Part shown: piece by piece, positions 39,567-52,517 of the stretch
How positions within the stretch are numbered: position 1 is the stretch's first letter
Layout of the letters: every line of letters starts with the position of its first letter
From: Callorhinchus milii
Taxonomy: Eukaryota
Direction: 5' to 3'
Assembly (NCBI RefSeq): GCF_018977255.1
Contig: NW_024704742.1
Location: forward strand, 85,624,001 to 85,688,000
Length of the DNA stretch: 64,000 nt
Notes under the pieces: generated by a model
What the model saw: only the letters and a program-made list of their open reading frames with translations
What the model was told of the DNA's origin: nothing
The model's database searches: none
Translations under genes and position numbers: made by a program

Positions 39567-39616
39567 TGAGTGAGTGAGTGAATGAGTGAGTGAGCGAGCG
39601 AGTGAGTGAGCGAGTG
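39567..39616. repeat. (GAGT)n microsatellite
   Basis: Direct reading. Confidence 0.9.
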
Positions 39617-39943
39617 TGATTACCAGGGCACTGTATTGAAGAAAAGTGGGATATATTAAACCTGTAATCCCAAAACAGGTTAATTCTCAAAAGTGTGCGT
39701 TGGGGTACTGCTGAAGTCTAACCAGCTAAAACCGCATAGCTTGCCATTGATAGCACTGTCTGACAACCTTCCCGCTGCTTGTCCAGCTAGGATCACCCTA
39801 CCCGGTAGGGCTTTGGCTTGCAGGGTTAACAGGAGCAGAGCGGGAGGATGCCCTGCCACCCAGTGACTGGCCTGTCCTTCCTAGTCCTACCAATGTGCTG
39901 TCATCAGCAGTGCCCTGGAATACTGTAGACCCGTCTGGCTCAC

Positions 39944-40455
39944 TACAACAACAACAACAAGATTCCATTTATAGAGCGCCTTTCACGTTGGGAGGACGTG
40001 CCATAGCGCTGGACAGTTGGGTCAGGACCCGAGCAGGGGGGAAATGGTCAGGGTGAGGGGAGGGGGCGAGGAGGGGGTAGAGAGTTGAGAGGGGAGCTGA
40101 AGGCACGGTCAAAGAGAAAGGTCTTGAGACCGGCCTTGAAGGAGGAAAGGGAGGAGGCGGCGAAGGCACTGGGGGATAGAGTTCCAGAGCCTAGGGGCTG
40201 AGAGGCTGAAGGTCCGGCTGTCGATGGTAGGGCGGTTGGGGCGGGGCATGTGGAGCAGACTGGAGCCAGAGGAACGGAGGGTACGGGCAGGTAGGTAGGG
40301 GGATAGTAGGTCGGAGAGGTAGGAGGGAGCGAGGCCGTGAATGGCCTTGTAGGCGAGGATGAGGATCTTGAATTCGATCCCCTGTGGGATGGGGAGCCAG
40401 TGGAGGCGAGCGAGGGTGGGAGTGATGTGGTCGCGAAGCCTGGTGCGGGACAGTA
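39944..40455 (-). mobile_element. Young L2 3' fragment inserted into an unclassified repeat
   Basis: Near-identical to 6543-7179; (aac)n tail. Confidence 0.92.
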
Positions 40456-42805
40456 GACTAACTGGAAAACAGACCGCCACAGAGGGCTGACTCGATTCTG
40501 ACATTCCAGTTCCAAACGCGTCTCCTTACAACCAAGGGGACCTCATTTGCTCTTTTACCCCTTTGGTTGATTGGTTGGTGACAAAGTGAAACAGTTAAGT
40601 TGCAAGAAAAACTGTGGACGTGTACAGTGTAAACATATTCAAATGATATCTTTCTATTTAGACTCGTTCTAGTTTATATGAGACGTAACAAATTGTTGTT
40701 AGGACAGACTGGCAAGATGCATTGCATGTCCACCCAGGAGACTGGATTACTAGTGGTTTTTAGTCTCTGTCTGTGCATTGCTCTTGTCTGCTGCAAATCT
40801 AATGAACTTGTCTGCTGTCTACAGCATGACTCAAGGCCTCAGTAGTAGTCATCATTGTAAATAATTCAACTAACGGAGAGCGATAACACCTTCTAAAGAA
40901 GATTTGAATATCTTTTGTTTGATGTACAGTTCACAGTTTGAGTAGTTTAGGACATGGCACGTGCATGTGGCTGCCAGGATGGTGGAAGGTGATCTAGATG
41001 GACCCAGCTCTTTTTTTATCTAACATTGCCTAGGTTCCTATGATGTTTCATCTGAAAGATGGAATTTCTGACGATCAATACAGATCTTGTGACTAAACAC
41101 TTTTGAAGTGGGATGTGGGGCAGTTTGGAGGCGGAGTGAGGGCAGTGTGGGTATAACGTGGAGTTGAGTGGGGGAGGCAATGTACTTTAAAGATTAAAAA
41201 TGTCCTGAGGTTCTGCATAAGTCAAATATCAATACGAATTGTGGAAACAAGCTGCGTGGTGAAATATACAGTCTTGAAACGTAATGTATTTCCAGTTCTT
41301 TTCTTAGCTTATGAGGTGTTTCACACAGACTTCATGCTCCCGCTTAGGACGTGGGCACTGCTGGTGGGAACAGCATTTATTTATTGCCCATCCCTGGTTG
41401 CCCTGAGTAGATGCTGGTGCGGTCTTCTTTTTAATCCACTGCAGGGGCTAGTGCTCCCACCTTGGTATTCGATGGGGTGTTTCACTTTCTTCACCACCCT
41501 GAACCTGTGCCTGCTCGTCCTGACGCCTTGGGAAAAGGTTAAAGTGTCTCTAATGGCTTCAGTCAGTCAGTATGACTCATTGGTTCCAGATCACAAAAGT
41601 TAGACAGCTGCCCTAAAAAACAACTACAAGTTACGTTTAAATAGCACCTCTCATGTGAAAGAAAAGTCTAGAAGTATTTTACCGAATAAGGTGAACTAGA
41701 AATGAAGTGAATGTTGTTCTGGAGTTTGAGTCAGCCTGTCTCAGTGGTATCACTCTCATCACTCTCGCCTCTGAATCTGAAGGTGTTGGTTCAAGCCCTG
41801 TGATGGGACTTGGAATAACATAGTTTAAGATGACAATTAAGATGTTATTTGGGGGTCTAGTCTGCTTGTTTTGGTGGGTGTTAAAGATCCCATGCCACTA
41901 TTCAAAAAGAGAAGGGAGTTTCTCCCTCCTGCTAACCTGGCCAACAATCCCACAAATAAAATTGGTCACTCCATGGCTGTTTGTGAGACATTGCTGTGTG
42001 CAAACTGGCTGCCACATTTAGCCCACAAAACACATAGTTAATTCACTTTACAGTATATCCTGTGAAGCACTTTGAGACATCTTGACAATGTGATAAGGCA
42101 CTATATCAAATGCAAGTATTATTATTAAATGCAGCTCCTATTTTGCGCAAGGAATGTCGGTTAATCAACAATGAGAGGAGTAGTCAATTAATTCAAAGTT
42201 TTGGTGTTGAATTTGGATGAAGAGAGAATGTAAAACAGGACAATGGAAGAAACTTCTCTTTGTGGATTGGAGGTGGCTTTAATGAATTACCAGGCAGATG
42301 GGACTCAATTCAGACCACATACTGCGTTGTTCAGGAAACGCAGATAGTCTTTAAATTATAAACAGATCAACCGAGTGTCAAGTTGTCTGTGTCCTGACAT
42401 ATTGAGAGAAGTTGACATCTTTATTTCAATATACACTACTTTGTTTTACGTGGAGTGAGTTGGGATTGTGGGTCATAGACTTGATCGATATCAGTTTGAG
42501 GTACTGGATAGGAGTGACTGAGATCATTGAGGATGTTATAGATTTAAAGAGGGTTTGTTTACCTTTGTTTCTTCAGTAGACTAGCGAACGTTTGATTAGA
42601 GAAAAGTCACTGAATCACCCAGTTACCAAAGAATTTTAAGACGGTTTTGCTTTTCGTAATTCATTTAGTGTTTGTTATCCTGTGTTATTTATTTCTATCT
42701 TTGTATTGTTTCCCCTCTTCCAATAAACTAATTTGCCTATGTTTATCTGTACTGACACATGAGCTCAAATCCCAACACAGGGCTTGAATCCACAGCCTTC
42801 TACCC

Positions 42806-43026
42806 ATAATAATAATCCCTCCAAAACCAAAAAAACAATAATAAAAATTGGTCATTTTCAATCTACGACTGTTTTTGGGACATTGCTATGCGCAATTGGC
42901 TGCCACGTTCGCCCACAAATATACAGTCAATTCACTTTACAGTGTGTTCTGTGAAGCGCTTTGGGACGTCCTCCTGACGTGAAAAGCACTATATCAAATG
43001 CAAGGATTATTATTATTATTATTATA
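42806..43026 (+). mobile_element. SINE 3' half
   Basis: Matches the body and tail of the 2321-type copies. Confidence 0.9.
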
Positions 43027-43769
43027 AGGTGCGAGTGCTTACATTCTGAGCCAGGCTGAAGTACCAGAGTTCCACACTGACCTTTCCAGCAATTGTCACT
43101 GACTGGTCCCACTCACTCTGCTCCCAAGTCATCATCTTCCTGGTTGGTACTGCTCAGTCCTTCGTCATGAAGTAAATATACTCTCTGGCATATGGCTCCA
43201 TGTTTCAGAAGGACATTGCAAATGCAAAATTTGCTAATTAATCACCTTCCTTCTCACTTTCCCCCCTCATCCCTGACTTATTTGAATTTAATATATTATG
43301 TTTGAAAGTCAAAGTATAAGCATAATAATCCTTTACACTTTACGCGCCCCAGGCAACTGCTGTCTGTCAGGCTAAGTATTTCCTGGTGTGTTATTTTCAG
43401 CCTGGGTTATTCTGAGCTTGATTGTTTGTACCCACATTGTCAGGAAACCCTGCAAAATAAACTTGGAAGGAGCAAAGCTAGGTTTAGCTGAGATTTATAG
43501 TAACCAAGAAAGGGGCTACGGAGAGGACATTCGATAAATATTACAAAGAATACACAACACGGAAACCAGCTACGCAGCCCAACTCGTTCGTGCCGCTGTT
43601 TGTACTTTTTAGACACGTGATTCTTCACCCTTTCCTTTTTATTTTATTATTTTACACAAAATACACATTCAATTCACTTTACAATATACTCCGTGAAGCA
43701 CTTTGAGACATAACGATGTGATAAGGCGCTATATCAAATGCAAACATTATTATTATTACTCCCTCCCCT

Positions 43770-45470
43770 ACCCTTCTCCCACCTATGAAGATCTAGCTTC
43801 CTCTTGAATGCATTTATATTATCTGATTCAACCACCACTTCAGCAGCAAGTTCCCAAACCTCACTACCCTTTGTTTGAAATAGTTTCTGCTAAATTCTCT
43901 TTTTGATCCCCTACTCATTATCTTTCATGTGCCCCCTTGGTTATGGACTCCCCAACCAGTTGAAACAACCTATTTATGTTAAACATTTCTTTAGGTCCCC
44001 CCTTAAACCTCTCTAGTGAAAAAAAACCTAACCTATCCAATCTGTCCAAAAAGCAGTAATCTGCCAGCCTTGGTATCGTTCTCGTAAACTAAAGTCTTTG
44101 CATCACTGCTATATTCTTCTTATCGTGTGGAGACCAGAATTGGACAACATGCTCCAAATGTGACCTAACCAAGTTTTTGTATAAATTCAGCATCACCTCC
44201 TCACTTTCATATTCTATATATTTTTATATATAAAGCCCAAGCCCATTGGCCTTTTTTATAGCCTTGTCTACCTGTATAGCTACTTTTAGAGATTTGTGGG
44301 TCTGAATCTGCAGATTATTTTACTCCTCTACTCTCAACAACAACAACAACAACTTGCATTTGTATAGCACCTCTCATGCAGGGTAGTGTCCCAGAGCGGG
44401 TGACGGTGGCGGAGCATGATGCCGAGCTGGGGGGAGGTGACTGTAGGTATGGTTGAATAGGAAGGTCTTCAGGCATGACCTGAAGATGGGGAAGGAAGGG
44501 ATAAGGTGGAGGGATAGAGGAAGAGTTTTGGGGTGATTGGCTGAAAGTATGGCCACCAATGGTGGAACGGAGCACACGAGGGACATGCGGAAGGCCGGAG
44601 CTAGTCGAGCGGATGCAATGGGTTGGGGGTTGGGTGTAAGCAGGTCGCAGAGGTAGGGAGGTGCCAAGGCACGAAGGGATAGACTATAGATGGCTTCTTT
44701 ATATTTTTTGCCAAAGTGAAATTACATTTTCCTACATAAAACCTAATTTGCCATCTATTTGCTGATTTCTGCTTGCCTGTTTATGTCTTCCTGCATTCTT
44801 CTGCAATCCTTCATTTTTTCCACCCCCCCCCCCCCCCCCCCCCCACCCCCACTACATTCACTGCATTTCCCTTGTCTACTTTATCGGTTACATCTTTAAA
44901 GAATTTGATAAAATTAGTCAAGCAGAACCTGCTCTTTGCAACTCAAACCTTGCTTTCGAAACTCTTCTCCTTCTCCAGATGACTGTTTACTACATATTTT
45001 ATTATGGATTCCAGTTCCTGGCCTACAACTGATGTTCAAATGCTTGGCCTGTAGTTTCCTTGATTAGCTCTATCACCCTTTTTACAAATAGTTGTTACAT
45101 TGGCCACTCTCCAATCCTCTAGCATAATTCCTTTCTCTACAGAGGTCTTAAATATATATACTGAAGCCTCAGCTATCTCTTCCCTAGCGCCATTGGGATT
45201 AATTTCCTAAGGATCTTTGGGTGCAGACCATCTGGGCCAGGTGGCTTGTCCTCTTTAAGCTTGTATAATTTTTTAAATAGCTCCTTTGTTCCTATCTTAT
45301 CTATTGCAATTTTATACCTTGCCCCTTCTGTTCTCACTAAATTTTCGTTTATCAGTTTCCTTTTTGAAAATTGAATCAAAGTATTAATTTAGGATTTCTG
45401 CCATTTCCTTATTACCTTCTGTGATTTTATACCCTTCTCCCGTTAAGGCTCTACCTCAACTTTAACCTTT
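43770..45470 (-). mobile_element. CR1 fragments (antisense)
   Basis: KPPGPDGLHPKIL motif (ORF 45173..45379) plus degenerate RT and C-terminal sequence. Confidence 0.8.
44336..44675 (-). mobile_element. L2 3' fragment (second lineage) nested in CR1
   Basis: (aac)n tail, APPYLCDLL motif; flanked on both sides by CR1 sequence. Confidence 0.8.
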
Positions 45471-46611
45471 TTCCGCAGCTTGGAGATTGATGGGAAGGTG
45501 GCACCACTAATGGCTCATTGTTCCCCCTGCCCCCGCTTCAAAATCTGTCTCCAGAACAAGGAAAGATCAAACAAAAGAGAGTGAGTCTTCCAGGGAAGAA
45601 GTCCTGAACTCTCTCAGGCAGTTCATTAAGGAAGACAGAAGGAGGCCAGAAAAAAANTGTTACAAAAAGACCTGCTCCTGGAGACAGCGTGACATAGCCT
45701 GCAAAACACTGTGCCAAGATGGAAATGAACAATTGATTTACAGTGTGACTTTGGACCATGAAACACTTCTCTCTCCCACCCTTTAACTGTCCCAACACAC
45801 CTACGCGGTTTTATTGTCCCATAATATCAACCTTTGGTATTTTACAAAACGTCACACCCCATTCTGTGCAGGCAGCACCTTCACTGTGACTGTACAAATT
45901 GTTCTTTTACAATACTACCTGAAAATCATTAATCTGTCACTGCTCCTTCACACAGAGAATAGCTCACCCATTCAGAGCACAAGACGCAAGCCCAGCTTTT
46001 TCTATACTCAAAAACCCGCTTGTCTATGAGAAGTCTGGGGGTTTAGCAGGTTTCGGTAAACACAACCTTGAAAGTAACCCGTAATTTAAAGAACCCATTT
46101 AAAATATAGAACCGTGTGTCGTCCGTCCCCCAGTGCCTCACTGTGTAAAACGAAAGAAACAACTTGCAATTTTATAACCCATTATCAAGTAAAAACATCT
46201 CAAACCACTCTGCAGTAATCACGGTTAAGTGTAGTGATTTTTTTCCTAGGCAAACACAGCTGCCATTTTGCATTAAGCAAAGTCCTCAAGCAATGATGAG
46301 ATGAATAACCAAATTTATCTGGGGAATTGTTGACCAGGACATCAAGAGAAGCTCCTGTCTCTTTTCAAATAGTGCCATGAGATAATGCATTGTGTAATAG
46401 TGCACTGTAGTCAGCCTAGGCAATGAGCTCAAATGCCCACATGTACGACTTGAACCCATAACCTTCTGACCCAGTGTGCTAGTAAGTGAGTGAATAGATA
46501 GATGGTGTGGCATGGTACTGAGACACATGTACTTGGAAGATATCTCTGTCTGTGTGAATTGAACGGATATCAGACAGAACAGTATCAGAGGTGCTACAAA
46601 TAGATATTTTA

Positions 46612-47700
46612 TCTTAACGTCAGTTGTAGGGAAAATACAGGAATCCATCATCAGGGAAAAAGTGACTGAACACTTAGACAGGTATGACCAAGAGTCAAAG
46701 AGAGTCAGCATGGGTTTGTGAAGGCTAGGTTGTGTCTGACTAATGTAATTACATTTTTTGAGGCGGTCACTAAAATAGTGGATAAGAAAGTATCTATGAA
46801 TGTTGTTTATATGGACTTTCAGAAGGCATTTGATAAGGTTCCACACAAACGATTATTAGCGAAGATGGAAGTGCATGGATTTGGAGGTACCCTTGTGATG
46901 TGGCTTGGTAATTGGTTGGGATGCAGGAAACAGAGAGTAGGGATAACGGGAATGTTCTCTGATTGACGGGATGTGACAAGTGGTATCCCTCAAGGGTCTG
47001 TACTGGCATCCCAGCAATTCGCCCTATATATAAATATGGATGAAGGAATAGAAAGCTTTATATGTGCAAAAAATAATCAAAAAGGCGACTGGAATGTTGG
47101 CCTTTATCTCAAGGGTCCTGGAATACAAAGGCGAAGAAATGATACTTCAGCTGTATAGAGCATTAGTCAGACCCCATGTGGAGTACTGCATTCAGTTTTG
47201 GGCACCATACCTCAGGAAAGATATATTGGCCCTGGAGGGGGTGCAACGCAGGCTCGCCGAAGTGTTACCAGGCCTAAAAGGGTTAAGTTACAAGGAAAGA
47301 CTGCGTAAACTTGTATTATATTCCCTTGAGTTTAGAAGGTTGAGGGGTGATTTGATTGAGGTATTTAAGATGATAAAGGGATTCGATAGGACAGATACAG
47401 AGAAGCTATTTCCTCTGGTGGAGAATCCAAAACAAGGGGCATAGTCTTAAATTTAGAGCCAGGCCATTTAAGAGTGAAATCAGGAAGCATTTTTTCACTC
47501 GAAGGCTGGTAGAAATCTGGAATTCTCTCCTTTCAAGAGTGAGGTTGGTAGATGTTTGGTAGGTCGGTATCAAGGGATATGGGGAGAAAGTGGGAAATTG
47601 GAATTGAAAGGATTAGTTGAGGTACAGATCAGCCGTGATCTAATTAAATGGTGGAACAGGCTTGAATTGCTGAATGGCCTACTCCTGTTCCTATGTTCCA
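46612..47700 (+). mobile_element. CR1 LINE, RT to 3' end, with deletions
   Basis: VYMDFQKAFDKVPHKRL, SGIPQGSVL, LYRALVRPHVEYCIQFWAP, RRLRGDLIEVFK; tail gaatggcctactcctgttcctatgtt. Confidence 0.93.
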
Positions 47701-48228
47701 TTGACAGCACAGAATTTTTTTTTGGCTTATTGTGTCTGGGCTGGCTCTTAAAATTAACAATCCATTCAGTCCCATTTACCTGCCTATTCCCCATAACCTT
47801 GCAAATTGCACCTTTTTAGATACCTATGTTGTTCCCTCTTAAAAGCCAATATAGATCCTGTCTCAACCACTACGCCTGGCAGGGTATTGCACGTCCTACC
47901 AACTCTGTGCGTGTGTAAAAAAAATTCTCCTAATCTCCCCTTTTGCTCCTTTGGTATTTATCATAAGTTGATGCCCTTGAGTCACTTGTTCACCTTGTAG
48001 CTTGTAGACTACAGTGGAAAAATCAGGCAGGGTTCCCACTTCTGATCATTATCCAATGATCATTATCCATATCCATTATCCACTCCTGCTGGGAAGGTGC
48101 CCAGGTCAGAATATTGGTGGTCTGAAATTCCTGTGAGGTGAAGGAACTATGCTTGATTTTTTAACCTCTTCCTAACATGCAGACTAAGACCAATTGCTGT
48201 AACCTAGCTGAAATCAACCAACTAGTTT

Positions 48229-48560
48229 GTGGAGTCCTGTAGCTCAGTGGTTAGAGCATTCGCCTCGCAAGCGAGAGACCTGGGTTCGATTCCCGGCAGG
48301 GCGAAATCTTGGGCAAGTTTCCTTACTCCAAACACCTGATAATAATCCCTCAAGAAAAAAACAATAACAATTTGGTCACTTCCATCCATGACTGTTTGTG
48401 GGACACTGCTGTACGCAATTGGCTCCTACGTTTCGCCCACAAATATACAGTCAATTAACTTTACAGTATATTCTGTGAAGTGTTTTGAGACGACTAGAAG
48501 ACGTGAAAAGCACTATATCAAATGCAAGGATTATTACTATTATTATTAACTATTATTATT
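48229..48560 (+). mobile_element. tRNA-derived SINE, full length
   Basis: GGAGTCCTGTAGCTCAGTGGTTAGAGCATTCGCCTCGCAAGCGAGAGACCTGGGTTCGATTCCCGG: intact A and B boxes. Confidence 0.94.
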
Positions 48561-49454
48561 AGCTCATTGATACTGGTGTGGACAATTGTCCTTTGACAAA
48601 AAGCACCCTGGAGCGGCAATTATCTCTGACACATCACAAGCCTCTGTGCCGAGTTCCAGGAAATCCCTTATCTATATAGCAAAAGCCATAAAGCACAGGA
48701 TCAGTATAACACAAGGCTTTATTGTATACAGTCACTCTCTGCGTGATCATTTTTTCTGTGATATAGCTTGCCAAAGTTGATTAGAATCAATGATCGGATT
48801 TGGGGGCTGCATTCAACTATGTGCCAGTGAACTGTTTGTGAAGGTGAAGACAGCGGGGGGCAGGGAAAGTTATAAGACTGACAGACAGATATGTTCTTTA
48901 CATCTGAGGGGGGACCCCTCGCACAAATGTTTTTTGAAGGTGACAAGACCACACTATTCCCCTTGCAGGAGAGATGCTATGGGGATCTCACCTGGGAGGT
49001 CTCAGAGCTGAACAACGGTGTGAAGGGTGTCGTAGCCATGTGGTTTCCCAGGAAGTGACCCAGTATGGCCTCATATCTAACCCAGAGAGCAGGATACAAA
49101 GTGGAGGCAAACACAGCCTCTTATTCTAGCACAGGCTCAAAACAATTTTGCCAAATAGCATTGAAATCCATTATTATAATAATCCTTACATTTGATATTG
49201 CACCTTATCATGTTGTTGAGATATCTAAAGCGCTTCACAGAAGTGTTTTGTGTGTGCAACGCGGTAGCCAATTGCGCACAGCAGAGATGCTATGGGGGCC
49301 TCACCTGGGACGTGCCAGAGCTGAAAAACAGTGTGAAGGGTGTCGTAGCCAGTCACCAGTTATAGACAGTTATAGAGACAATCTGGTATTGAAGGCACGT
49401 GTGAAATGGAGTTCAGACTCAGACTGTTTTTAATGACACATTGCAATGTCATAT

Positions 49455-50452
49455 CGCCTCACCCCCTCACACCCTAGCCCCCATCCATCACCTTCAAACC
49501 TGTCTCTCACTTCTCTCTCACCACCACTATAACCTGCATGAAACCGACCACCTGCTCCCTCAACCCCATCCCTACCCCTCTCCTTACCTCTCAGTTTCAC
49601 TTCCTTGCCCCTGTACTCACAGATATCATAAACCTTTCCCTGTCCACTGGCATTGTTCCCACCCCTTTAAAAACTGCCATCATCACTTCTATCCTTAAAA
49701 AACCCTCCATGGACCGATTCCTGCTCTCAAACTACTGCCCCATCTCCAACCTCGCTTTCCATTCCAAGGTGCTTGAAAGAGTTGTTGCTTCCCCCTTCCT
49801 CTCCTGCCACCCCTCCATTCAGGTTTCCCAAAGCCCACAGCATGGAAACAGCCCTGGTCAAAGTGACAAATGACATCCAGGCTTGACTATGCAAACTCCC
49901 TGCTTGTCAGCCTCCCTTACTCCTCCCTCCATAGGCTGCAGATCATCCAGAACTCTACAGCCCGTGTCCTCTCCTGCACCAGGCTCCACGACCCTATTAC
50001 CCCTATCCTCGCCCGATTCCACTACCTTCCCATCACACAGAGGATACAGTTCAAGATCCCAGTCCTCACCTTCAAAGTCCTGCCCTACCTCTGCAACTTC
50101 CTAACCCCCTAACAACCTGCTCACTCCCTCTCCTCAGCGGGCTCAGGTCTGCTTCACATCCCCCGCCTGGCCTGCCCCACCATTGGTCTTCAGACAATGA
50201 GTTGCTTTGAGCCACTCTGCCCCCACCCTCTAGAACTCCCCCCCGTAATCCTTCACCTCGCCCCTCCCTTGCTTCCTTCAAAACCCGTCTTAAGACCCTC
50301 CTCTTCGACTGTGCCTTCGATCACCCTCCATCCCCCACTGCCCTCCACCCTCCCCGATCCAGACCTGCAGCTCAGATCAAAAACACTGACTGTCCAGAGC
50401 CTTGGGACGTCCTCCCAATGTGGATGGTGCTGTACAAATATAATTTTGTTGT
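49455..50452 (+). mobile_element. L2 fragment with an internal deletion
   Basis: KPTTCSLNPIPT...PISNL...HSMETALVKVTND is joined directly to SRLDYANSLL (RT core deleted), followed by the 3' tail. Confidence 0.87.
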
Positions 50453-51769
50453 GTGTCTATATATATGCCAAAGGGGAGATGTCCTTATTTCTTAAATTAT
50501 TCCTTAAATTATTCCCATCATTCTGTCACTTCACAAACAAGGTTAGGCTGAAGGCTCGCTCTTGTGTCTGTAATTCAATGGAGCTCAAGTGCAGAGTTGG
50601 CTGTTAAAGGGCTCGGGTAATCAGAATAGCCACTGCATGAAGAGGCAGCAGTACTCCTCTATGGGCTCCCAATTAGCAAGGACACTTCAGCTGTGTGTGT
50701 GTGTGTGTGTGCGTGTGCGCATGCATGTGTGTGGTGCAGATTTCTGCTGTGGATGAGGCAGACAGCGTCAGAGAGATAAAAGTGCAAGTTTAAACAGATT
50801 GTGTGGGGAGATGGAACAGAGAGGGAGACACAACACCATGCGATTGCCAGAAGAAATGGGAGAAAGACGGAGACAGAGTGGAGACAGAGAAAGTTGCAAA
50901 TAAGGGTAAGAAAGCAAATATAAGCTGAATCACTTTAAAATGTTGGTTTATGGCATTAATATTGCATATTGTGAAAATGTTTTTAATGAAAAATACAGAC
51001 TGCTATATTTTTAATCATATTATATACATGTTTTATTTTTGTTCATGTATTATCATTAAGGTCAACCTCTGGTCTCCAAATATTCATTCTAGTGATGTAC
51101 CAAAAAGAATAAAATATACCCTAGACTTGATACACAGCATAACTTATTGGTTATCTTCCATGGAGGTAAGAAGGTTAAGGAGTATTAGGTGCAGGTTGGC
51201 AAGTGCCAAGGCTTGGGGACCCCAGAATATGCTTTGGGGTACTTATAGAGTCTAACCACCTAACACCGCATACCTTGCCATTGATATTGTTGTCTGGCAA
51301 GCTTTCCTGCTGCTTTGTCAAGCTAGGACCATCATACCTGCTCAGGCTTTGTCTTGCAGGGTTAACAGGAGTTGAATGGGATGACTCCGTGCCTCAGTGA
51401 CTGGTCTGCCCTTCCAGGACCTGTCAATGAGCCAGACTGGCTGTGCTGTCATCAGCAGTGCCCTGGAATGCTGCGGACTCACCCCAGAGGGTTGGCTCAG
51501 TTCTGATCTGCTGACAAACATGTCAAATTGGAGCCAGTTCACCTCCAAGCAGACCTGCTTACCTCCCCCAAGGAGGATAATCACTCGTTGGTCATTTGAT
51601 ATCTGACAAGTGTGGGTTTCAGCCCTCCCTAGATGGATGGCAGTACTAGGAACTCCCTGCGAGCTTCCTGGTGGAATAACCCCTCACCCCGAAACACACA
51701 TACACACACGCACACGCGCAAAGCTGAGGTGTTAACACAATAAAGGGAAAATGGAAAGGAATATTCAAA

Positions 51770-52313
51770 TGCCCTCCTCGCCGGTCTCCCCTCCACTAAC
51801 ATTTATAAAATCCAAGTCATACAAAAATCTGCCGCCCGCATTCTTACCCGCACCAAACTCCACTCCCCGATTACCCCAGTCCTTGCCAGACTGCACTGGC
51901 TGCCTGTTCCAGAGAGGATCGACTTCAAGATCCTCACCCTTGTCTTCAAATCTCTCCACTCCTCTGCACCCCCCTACCTCTTTGACCTCCTCTCTCCTCA
52001 CAACAGTGGCCGTTGCCTTCGTTCCACCGGGTCTGGCCTCCTCTTTGTCCCCTGAGTCCTCCACTCCACCCTCGGAGGCCGTGCTTTCAGCTACTATGCC
52101 CTGAGGCTCTGGAACTCCCTTCCTCACTCCCTTCGCCTCGCCCCCTCTCTTCCCATTTTCAGGTCTCAGCTGAAGACCTTTCTTTTCGACCGCGCCTTTT
52201 GAACACCTTCCCCCCCCACCCCCCGGCTCGACCCCGGGATCGTTACTGTAAAGCGCTCTGAGACACCGTCCGGAGTGGAGGACGCTATATAAATCCAAGT
52301 TGTTGTTGTTGTT
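51770..52313 (+). mobile_element. L2 3' fragment, second lineage
   Basis: L2 ORF2 C-terminal sequence; tail gtaaagcgctctgagacaccgtccggagtggaggacgctatataaatccaag(ttg)n. Confidence 0.87.
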
Positions 52314-52374
52314 GAATGAATCTTTCCTATTAAAAACAAATCTACAATAAGGGACATAATAATAATTCTTATCA

Positions 52375-52517
52375 AAACATAAAATACTGCAGATCCTGGA
52401 AATCTGAAACAAAAACAGAACGACAAAGGGTCGTGGACCCGAAACATTGACTAATTTTCCCTTCTCCATATATGCTGCCTGACCTGCTGTGTTTTCCCAG
52501 CTCTCTGTTTTTGTTTG
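52375..52517 (+). mobile_element. Relic of a Penelope-like element terminal repeat with a degenerate hammerhead motif
   Basis: aaaatactgcagat-ctggaaatctgaaacaaaaacagaa ... gggtc-gtg-gaccc-gaaac ... atgctgcctgacctgctg-gttttcccag; resembles, from memory, the abundant chondrichthyan Penelope-type repeat. Confidence 0.6.

Noticed and set aside
45480..45790. Open frame of about 80 codons around the single N at 45657
   Set aside because: No start, splice support or recognisable domain; includes an ambiguous base.
48231..48300. tRNA-like sequence (anticodon loop CGC/TGC) as a true tRNA gene
   Set aside because: No proper acceptor stem, and it continues directly into a SINE body present in many copies; it is a SINE head.
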